NCBI GenBank assembly: GCA_964525195.1
Contig: CAZGGN010000001.1
Coordinates: 1-63,121 of the forward strand
Length of the DNA stretch: 63,121 nucleotides
Direction of reading: 5' to 3'
DNA from: an uncultured Congregibacter sp.
GTDB lineage: Bacteria; Pseudomonadota; Gammaproteobacteria; Pseudomonadales; Halieaceae
Notes under the pieces: generated by a model
What the model was told of the DNA's origin: nothing
What the model saw: only the letters and a program-made list of their open reading frames with translations
Databases searched by the model: none
Program-made: the position numbers and the translations under genes
Shown: positions 56,533-63,121 of the stretch, piece by piece
Numbering within the stretch: position 1 is the first letter of the stretch
How the letters are laid out: each line of letters starts with the position of its first letter

Positions 56533-58185
56533 TCAGCCGTCACGCATCCGGCGGATTTCATCATCCCGACCGGTGAGTTCCCAGCGTATGAGCGACAGGG
56601 GAATACGTCCCACAGCCAGCAGTTCATCGTGAAAGGTCTTCAGCTCGAAGTCCCGGCCCCGATCCAATGCCAGTTCCGCAAAGAGTTTCTCCAGCTCAAC
56701 CTTGCCCATGTAGTAGCCGATACCGTAGCCGGGCTGGCGCAGATACAACTCGAGATCAAAGCGGGCGATCGGGTCGTTGGGCTCCATCCAGTAGGGCGTG
56801 CGACTCGTGAGGGAGTGCAGGGCCTGGCTATAGGTCCACTCGCGGGCGTGCATCATGAGTTCCGGTTTGACCCGCGCTGCACGTTTCGCCTGCAGTATGT
56901 AGTTGATTTCCCGCGCTTTGGGTCGGGCGTCGAGCATGCCTAACTGCTGAATCATTTCTTCGAGGTAAAAAGCCCAACCCTCCGCCCGAATGCCATCGAT
57001 GAAATACAGGCGACGATCACCCCGGATAGGACGATCATCCCGGGCGAGCATCAGGCTATCGAAGAGGTGGCCGGGGACATTGTGCGCCCGCAGGGGCCGC
57101 GGGTCCCGATCTTCGGTCTGACGGAAAAAGTGTCTCTGCACCGGCGCCGCGAAGGGGCCCGGTCTGGACGGATCACGATCCGCTGGCAATAGATAAGGCC
57201 CCTCACCCGCAACAGGCTGAAGATACTCGGGCACCGTCATGACCTCTTCCCGGCGCAGAAAAGCCAGCAGCTCCGCATCGGCCTCGGCCCGGCGACGCTC
57301 AAACTCGGCCATGGATTCCGCCGGGGCAATCATCTCGATATCGCGGTTCCGGTGCTCCTCCAGCTTCAGGAACACCATCGCGCGCTGGTACTCCCGCTCC
57401 GCCAGGGTCATGAGGCTGTCCCAGTCATAGGGGAACAACATCACATTGCGCAGATACCAGTTGTATTCCGCCTTGCCGACGCCGCCATGGGGCGGCAGCT
57501 CCGCTTCAATCGCCTCCAGCCAGCTGAGAAAGCCCTCTACGGCAGCCTGCGCATCGGCCGCTGCTCGGGAGAGCTCCGGATCGCTGCCGGCCAGCTCTGC
57601 ACTCAGGCGCTGAAACACGTTGCGCTCAATGCGTTTCTGAACAATCCCCAGACGCGCGAGATCTCCCCTGGGATCAGTCAGGTTCTCCCGTGCCTGGCGG
57701 TACAGTGCGGGTACCGCCGCTAATTTCTCCGCCAGCCCGGCGCGAGTCTGCGCATCCATAGGGAGCGTGGGAATCGCCATGGCGCCATGCATTTTGGGAC
57801 CGAAGCCAAGGTTGGTACTGCTGTAAAAAGCGGGATCTCGCTCCCAGGGGCGCATCACCCGATGCATAAAATCCATGCCGCGCATTTCCGCCAGGACCAG
57901 CATGTAATCGACACGTCTGGGGATTGGCCAGGCACTGTCGTCAATAGCATCCAGCCGCTGGCGAAGCGCCGTCAGGGACTCGGCCTGGGCGCGCATGGCC
58001 GCGGGAGAATAATCGGCTACACCGTCACGATAGACCGGTACCGCAAGGCGGCGAAATTCTCCGTAGAGCTCCAGCAGCCGGGAATATTCAGCGGGCTGCG
58101 GAGCCGCAAGGCCGGGCCGGGAACATAGGATGGTCAGGAAAAACAAACACAGCAGCCGCAGCTGAGGGCCGGGAAGGTTTAGCAT
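56533..58185 (-). CDS. Exported DUF885-like protein (paralog 1)
   Basis: Signal peptide; HNVPGH, EGWAFYLEE, QPGY..GY..G, FHDELL..G.IP. Confidence 0.8.
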   Translation of the reverse strand: MLNLPGPQLRLLCLFFLTILCSRPGLAAPQPAEYSRLLELYGEFRRLAVPVYRDGVADYSPAAMRAQAESLTALRQRLDAIDDSAWPIPRRVDYMLVLAEMRGMDFMHRVMRPWERDPAFYSSTNLGFGPKMHGAMAIPTLPMDAQTRAGLAEKLAAVPALYRQARENLTDPRGDLARLGIVQKRIERNVFQRLSAELAGSDPELSRAAADAQAAVEGFLSWLEAIEAELPPHGGVGKAEYNWYLRNVMLFPYDWDSLMTLAEREYQRAMVFLKLEEHRNRDIEMIAPAESMAEFERRRAEADAELLAFLRREEVMTVPEYLQPVAGEGPYLLPADRDPSRPGPFAAPVQRHFFRQTEDRDPRPLRAHNVPGHLFDSLMLARDDRPIRGDRRLYFIDGIRAEGWAFYLEEMIQQLGMLDARPKAREINYILQAKRAARVKPELMMHAREWTYSQALHSLTSRTPYWMEPNDPIARFDLELYLRQPGYGIGYYMGKVELEKLFAELALDRGRDFELKTFHDELLAVGRIPLSLIRWELTGRDDEIRRMRDG

Positions 58186-58222
58186 GTTTGCTCCTTGTCA
58201 CACTGAAAAGGAATAGCGTTGT

Positions 58223-58915
58223 CTAGAGCATGGGCGCCTGGATGACAGACCAGTGCTCATCGATTAGCAGGGGCGCCGCCGTGAGCTCGGCAATCCGTTC
58301 AAGGCTGACACCCTCGGCCGCTTCACGCAGGACAAAGCCCCGCTCGCTGATGTCGATAACTGCAAGATTGGTATACAGGCGTTTAACGACCCCGCGTCCG
58401 GTCAGGGGATAAGCGCATTCCTCAAGCAGTTTGGGTTCTCCCTGAGAAGTCACGTGGTCAGTAATCACCAGCACCTGCCGGGCCCCCGCCACAAGATCCA
58501 TGGCGCCTCCGACCGCTGGCACGGCGCCTGTCGCGCCGGTGGACCAGTTCGCCAGATCACCGTTCTGCGCCACCTGCATCGCCCCGAGAATGCAGACGTC
58601 AATATGTCCGCCGCGAATCATCGCGAAGCTGTCGGCATGATGAAAAAAAGAGGCTCCGGGCTTGAGGGTTATGGGCTTCTTGCCGGCGTTAATCAGTTCA
58701 TGAACCTGCTGCCCGGGCTCCGGCGGCGGACCAAAGCCCAGTACGCCGTTCTCTGTGTGATACACGACTTCCCGGCCATCAGGTACAAAACTGGCGACCA
58801 TCTCCGGAATACCGATCCCTAGATTCACATAGGAACCATCGACGATATCCTGGGCCGCACGCCAGGCCATCTGAACCCGGGTCAGTCCCTCCCGGTCTTT
58901 ACTGCTCCCGCTCAT
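58223..58915 (-). CDS. pcaJ: 3-oxoacid (3-oxoadipate) CoA-transferase subunit B
   Basis: VNLGIGIP, HTENG (catalytic Glu), SFAMIRGGH, GDLANW, VGGAMDL. Confidence 0.9.
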   Translation of the reverse strand: MSGSSKDREGLTRVQMAWRAAQDIVDGSYVNLGIGIPEMVASFVPDGREVVYHTENGVLGFGPPPEPGQQVHELINAGKKPITLKPGASFFHHADSFAMIRGGHIDVCILGAMQVAQNGDLANWSTGATGAVPAVGGAMDLVAGARQVLVITDHVTSQGEPKLLEECAYPLTGRGVVKRLYTNLAVIDISERGFVLREAAEGVSLERIAELTAAPLLIDEHWSVIQAPML

Positions 58916-59622
58916 GGATACCTCGCGCCGCTGGCAATCAATTCCGATTCGAGCGCAGGCTGAGCAACCGCCACCACTCGTTGTACGAAAATACCCGGGG
59001 TGACCACATGCTCCGGATCGATGGCTCCGGCGTCCACCACCTCGCCCACCTGTATCACGGCGGTACGCGCGGCCATGCACATAATAGGGCCAAAGTTTCG
59101 CGCCGCTTTGTTGTAGACGGCGTTCCCGAAGCGATCGGCGCGCTCGGCCTTCACCAGCGCATAGTCGGCCACCAGCCCACGCTCCATCACGTAGCTGCGG
59201 CCGTCGAAGTCGCGCTGCTCTTTGCCTTCGGCCAGCGATGTACCTGCCGAGGTGGCGGTATAAAACGCCGGAATTCCGGCGCCTCCCGCGCGAATACGCT
59301 CGGCCAGCGTGCCCTGGGGCACCAACTCAAGTTCAATCTGTCCCGAGCGGTACAGTTCCGGGAACACCGTGTCCGTGGTACCCCGGGGGAAAGAGCAGAT
59401 CATGCGCCGGACCCTGCCCGCAGCGATAAGCGCGGCGAGGCCGACTTGCCCGTTCCCCGTATTGTTATTGACCACCACCAGGTCGCGCGCGCCCTGATCA
59501 ATGAGCGCATGGATCAGTTCGATGGGGGAACCCGCTTCACCAAAGCCGCCGATCATAATCGTGGCACCATCGCGGATATCAGCGACGGCAGCCTCAGGCG
59601 AGGCGACAATCTTGTTAATCAA
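58912..59622 (-). CDS. pcaI: 3-oxoacid (3-oxoadipate) CoA-transferase subunit A
   Basis: MINKI, IGGFG, ICSFPR, PQGTLAERIRAGGAGIPAF, ARNFGP, TPGIFV; TTG start. Confidence 0.9.
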   Translation of the reverse strand: MINKIVASPEAAVADIRDGATIMIGGFGEAGSPIELIHALIDQGARDLVVVNNNTGNGQVGLAALIAAGRVRRMICSFPRGTTDTVFPELYRSGQIELELVPQGTLAERIRAGGAGIPAFYTATSAGTSLAEGKEQRDFDGRSYVMERGLVADYALVKAERADRFGNAVYNKAARNFGPIMCMAARTAVIQVGEVVDAGAIDPEHVVTPGIFVQRVVAVAQPALESELIASGARYP

Positions 59623-59728
59623 AGCTTCACTCCCGCACCGGGCGCTGCTGCGCTAGCTGTTTCTGCCACAATTTTGGCTCCCAGGCCGATCCTCACGAGG
59701 GATTTTAGTGTACGCCAGACGCCCATCA

Positions 59729-59743
59729 GTTCGCAAAGAGAAC
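59729..59743. promoter_or_regulatory. Candidate IclR/PcaR-type operator
   Basis: GTTCG-CAAAG-AGAAC, one mismatch from GTNCG-N5-CGNAC; adjacent to TATACT at 59745-59750. Confidence 0.35.
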
Positions 59744-59807
59744 GTATACTGCGTTTTATCGACTTCAGAATACCGGTCACCCGCCTAAAACCAGAGGACT
59801 CGTCACC

Positions 59808-61511
59808 ATGAAAACAGCTTTTTTTGGTTTAACCGGCCTGCGCTTCGGAAAGATCCGACGTACCCTGGCGCAGTTTTCCCTGTGCTCCCTGCTCTTCGCG
59901 CCGCACCTGGCGAGTGCGAGCAGCTATGACGAATTGCTGGCGCTATTCAAAGAGTGGCGCAGCGTCGAGCAGCCGACGCTCCTCGATGGCGCTCCCGATT
60001 ACACGCCGACCGCGGTTCAGCTTCGCTACGACCACATGCTGGTGCTCCGGGACCGCCTCCTGGCAATGGACACCAGCGACTGGAGTGTTGCGCAAAAAAT
60101 TGACTGGCACCTGGTTCGCGCCGAGATGAACGGCCTGGACTTCTATGCCCGCGTGCTCAAGCCCTGGGAAAGGGATCCGACGTTCTACGCCTCGGTGCGC
60201 ACCGCCCAGAGTGACACGCCTGCGGAAGAAGCACCGACGATCCACAATGCGATCAGACTCTGGGAGTATTCCATCTGGCCGCGGACCGCACTCTCAAAAC
60301 CCTCCCCACTGTCCCGGGAGGCTGAACAGAAGCTCGCGAAAGAACTGCGCACCATCTCGCCACTGCTGACCCAGGCCCGGAGCAACCTCACCGGTAACAC
60401 CCGGGACCTGTGGATACCGAGTGTTATCAGCTATCGCAATCAGGCCAGCGCCCTGCGTGCCCTGGGAGACAAGCTCGACGCAGCGGGTCAGGATGTCCGC
60501 GAGGCGCAACGCGAAGCGCTCGCCGCAACGGAGCGTTTTCTCGCCTGGCTCGAGACCGAGTCGCAAAAGAAAGACGGGGTTTCTGGCATTACCCGCGAAC
60601 AATACACCTGGCACCTGCGCAACGTGTTGCTCGTTAACTCCACCTGGGAAGGTGAGGTGCAGTTAATGCAGCGTGAAATGGCCAGGGGTTATGCCGGTCT
60701 CCGAATGGAAGAGGCCCGCAACCGGACACTCCCCGAACTCGCTCCCGCGGCGAGCGCAGCTGCTTTCGCAACCCTGCAGGAGGAGTCCATCAGCAACTAT
60801 ATGGCGTTTATCGAGAGCCACGAGATTCTCACGGTACAGCCCTGGATGGAGCGGGCCCTTCGGGAGCGGGTTTTCCCCTACTCGCCACCGGAAGAACGCA
60901 ACTTCTTTGGCCAGGCCACGCACCGGGACCCGCGCACCCTGTGGACACACTTCTATCATTACTGGGATCTGGCACAGCTCAGCGAGGCGCCCCACGCCAG
61001 CCCCATCCGTCGTACACCGCTTCGCTATAACATCTGGATGAGCCGCGCGGAGGGCGCAGCAACAGGCATGGAAGAATGGATGATGAACGCCGGCCTGTTT
61101 GATGACAGCCCCCGCTCCCGGGAAGTGGTGTGGATTATGTTGATCACCCGGGCTGCACGGGGACTGAGTTCACTCTATGCGCACGACAATCAAATCACCC
61201 TGGAAGAAGCCGCAGACATGCATGTGCGATGGACTCCCCGCGGCTGGATGAACCGCAATCTCGAGCTGCTCGGATTCGAGCAGCACCTGTATCTGCGTCA
61301 ACCGGCCTACGGTTCGTCCTACGTCACCGGCGCCCGCATGCTCGAGTCCATTATTGCCGACCGCAGCGAACAGGAAGGGGCTGACTTTTCTCTGCGGCGC
61401 TTCTTTGACGATCTCAACGCGGCGGGCATGATCCCCGTGTCGCTACTGCGCTGGCAGCTCAGCGGTAACGATGAGGATATCCGCGCGATCATGGATAGAC
61501 CGCAAGGCTAG
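59808..61511 (+). CDS. Exported DUF885-like protein (paralog 2)
   Basis: Signal peptide; shares AEM.G.DF..RV..PWERDP.FY and LYLRQP.YG blocks with paralog 1; HFYH and EGAATGMEE motifs. Confidence 0.8.
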   Translation: MKTAFFGLTGLRFGKIRRTLAQFSLCSLLFAPHLASASSYDELLALFKEWRSVEQPTLLDGAPDYTPTAVQLRYDHMLVLRDRLLAMDTSDWSVAQKIDWHLVRAEMNGLDFYARVLKPWERDPTFYASVRTAQSDTPAEEAPTIHNAIRLWEYSIWPRTALSKPSPLSREAEQKLAKELRTISPLLTQARSNLTGNTRDLWIPSVISYRNQASALRALGDKLDAAGQDVREAQREALAATERFLAWLETESQKKDGVSGITREQYTWHLRNVLLVNSTWEGEVQLMQREMARGYAGLRMEEARNRTLPELAPAASAAAFATLQEESISNYMAFIESHEILTVQPWMERALRERVFPYSPPEERNFFGQATHRDPRTLWTHFYHYWDLAQLSEAPHASPIRRTPLRYNIWMSRAEGAATGMEEWMMNAGLFDDSPRSREVVWIMLITRAARGLSSLYAHDNQITLEEAADMHVRWTPRGWMNRNLELLGFEQHLYLRQPAYGSSYVTGARMLESIIADRSEQEGADFSLRRFFDDLNAAGMIPVSLLRWQLSGNDEDIRAIMDRPQG

Positions 61512-61538
61512 ACACCGACCGACGGGGAAGCGATGGCC

Positions 61539-62450
61539 CTAGGCGCCATCGCGGACCCAGCGGGCAATATCGATGTGCGAGGCAAAATAAGGCTTGCCCA
61601 GGGCCCGGGCATCTTCGATGAGGCGCTCCATGATCCACAGGCGCGAGCGGTAACCAATAACAAAGGGGTGCATGACCAGCTGAAAGAGCCCGCCCTCGCG
61701 CGCGGCTCCCTCCAGCTCCAGCCGGAACACCTCATACACTTCCTGGGGAGTCAGCCAGGGCCGCGTGGCAGGCTGACGGTTAAACAGCAGATACACGGCG
61801 TCATCGCGCAACCACTCCACGGGAATTTCCACCACACCGCTGGCCTGCCCGTCGAGTTCCAGCTCATAGCAGTCATCATCAGCCATCAGGGAGCTGTCGT
61901 ACTCCAGCCCCATCTCCGCAACGATGCGGATCGTGTTTTCACTCAGATCCCAGTTGGCTGAGCGGAATCCGCGGGGCGGGTCACCGGTGACCGACTCCAG
62001 CGTATCGCGAGCGCGCAGCATGAGCTCTCGTTCCGTGGCCTCGTCCAGCAGCGAGTTGTTCTCGTGAATCCAGCCGTGCATGCCAATTTCGTGTCCCGCT
62101 GCCACAATCCGTCGGGATTCATCCGGATCGAGCGTCGCGCACACCGCGGGCATAAAAAAGCTTGCGGGCACCGCCTGGCGCTCGAGTACCTCAAGTATGC
62201 GAGGAACCCCCACCCGGCGACCATATTCGCCCCAGGACAGTCTGCCCACGGTAGAGCGACCCAGGCCCAGCTCAAAGGTCTCGTGGTCGCAGTCAAAGGA
62301 CAAGGCAACCGCAAAATCACAGTCATCCGGCCAGCGCGGAGGCGCCAGACGACGGCCGGCGCGGACCCGACCCAATAGCTGGCGATACTGCGCCTCGCCC
62401 AGCTCCCAGGGTCGCTCAATGAGTTTGTCTGTACCGGGTCCCGAGGTCAT
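61539..62450 (-). CDS. Polysaccharide deacetylase (CE4, PuuE/HpPgdA-like)
   Basis: SFDCD, HEIGMHGWIHE, GFRS, YDSSLM, VMHP. Confidence 0.88.
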   Translation of the reverse strand: MTSGPGTDKLIERPWELGEAQYRQLLGRVRAGRRLAPPRWPDDCDFAVALSFDCDHETFELGLGRSTVGRLSWGEYGRRVGVPRILEVLERQAVPASFFMPAVCATLDPDESRRIVAAGHEIGMHGWIHENNSLLDEATERELMLRARDTLESVTGDPPRGFRSANWDLSENTIRIVAEMGLEYDSSLMADDDCYELELDGQASGVVEIPVEWLRDDAVYLLFNRQPATRPWLTPQEVYEVFRLELEGAAREGGLFQLVMHPFVIGYRSRLWIMERLIEDARALGKPYFASHIDIARWVRDGA

Positions 62451-62490
62451 TTGCTGCTTCTCCTTCTAGCCATGGTTTTGCATTCCCCGC

Positions 62491-63121
62491 CTACTCCTCG
62501 CCGCTCGAGGCGACCCGACACAGGGTGCTTCGGCGGGGGCCGGTAATCACCGGCAGATACCCCGCCAGCATGCGGTCCACCGCATCGTCGCCGCTGTCGA
62601 CGTACAGCGTCGATGCCGGCAGCGCTGCCAGTTTTTCAGCGGAGGCGAGTATGCGGATGTGCTCCCGGGACACCGCTCTGAGCACCCGCGGGCTCAGCTG
62701 TTGATTGCCGCGACCCAACAGGAACCCCTGGCCACCGATAACACCCAGGGCGAGGCAGCAGTTTTGCCCCTGCACCGCCTCCCAGATCTGATCTTCCCGG
62801 GCGTCCCGAACAATACAGCGCCCCCGGGAAAAAATATCGACACCGAGCAGGCTTCCATTAAAGCCCAGCTCTTGTTTAAGCGCTTTGAGCGTGGCGCCCG
62901 GGCCCAGCAGCGCGACATCGAAACTGCGCAGCTCCGCTGCCAGTTTCCCCAGCGCAGCCAGAACAGCACCATCACTGGATCCGCCGGTCGCAGACTTGGC
63001 AGCCTGCACGAGGGATGGCATCTCAAGTGTCTGAAGATAGCCGTGCAGAATAGGCGACGAGGCGGGCTGACCGTCGGCCAGAAACTCCCGATCCATAACC
63101 TCTCTGCGGGCGCAGAGCCGC
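62491..63121 (-). CDS. ATP-NAD kinase-like family protein, 5'-truncated by window edge
   Basis: GPGAT, SLLGVD, IGGQGFLLGRGNQQLSP, VDSGD; frame open to the window end. Confidence 0.75.
   Translation of the reverse strand, partial: RLCARREVMDREFLADGQPASSPILHGYLQTLEMPSLVQAAKSATGGSSDGAVLAALGKLAAELRSFDVALLGPGATLKALKQELGFNGSLLGVDIFSRGRCIVRDAREDQIWEAVQGQNCCLALGVIGGQGFLLGRGNQQLSPRVLRAVSREHIRILASAEKLAALPASTLYVDSGDDAVDRMLAGYLPVITGPRRSTLCRVASSGEE

Overview
GC-rich gammaproteobacterial chromosomal segment. Gene order is Pseudomonas-like; a Cellvibrionales/Halieaceae (OM60/NOR5-type) origin is my inference and is unverified. Positions 1 to about 54.5 kb are dense core genes: ahcY-metF-rsmE-gshB-tonB-yqgE-ruvX, pilU/pilT, yggS-proC-yggT-metX-metW-rdgB-hemW, trmB, rpoH-ftsXE-ftsY, rsmD-coaD, mutM, rpmBG, radC, coaBC-algC-argB-slmA, pyrE/crc/rph/yicC-gmk-rpoZ-spoT-ridA, recG, a rubredoxin-rubredoxin reductase fusion, ubiCA, a BVMO, yaaA, a TRAP transporter, uvrD and a SPOR protein. 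From about 54.5 kb the region looks accessory: a small DUF6874-like ORF between degenerate direct repeats, then pcaF/pcaI/pcaJ interleaved with two paralogous exported DUF885-like proteins with altered metal motifs, a CE4 deacetylase and a partial ATP-NAD kinase-like gene. The most notable items are the DUF885-pair/pcaIJF module, a perfect CIRCE operator over the rpoH promoter, a DUF423 gene inactivated by an apparent microhomology deletion, and several intergenic tandem repeats. I saw no rRNA, tRNA, CRISPR, integrase or transposase. All family assignments come from motif recognition, not database searches.
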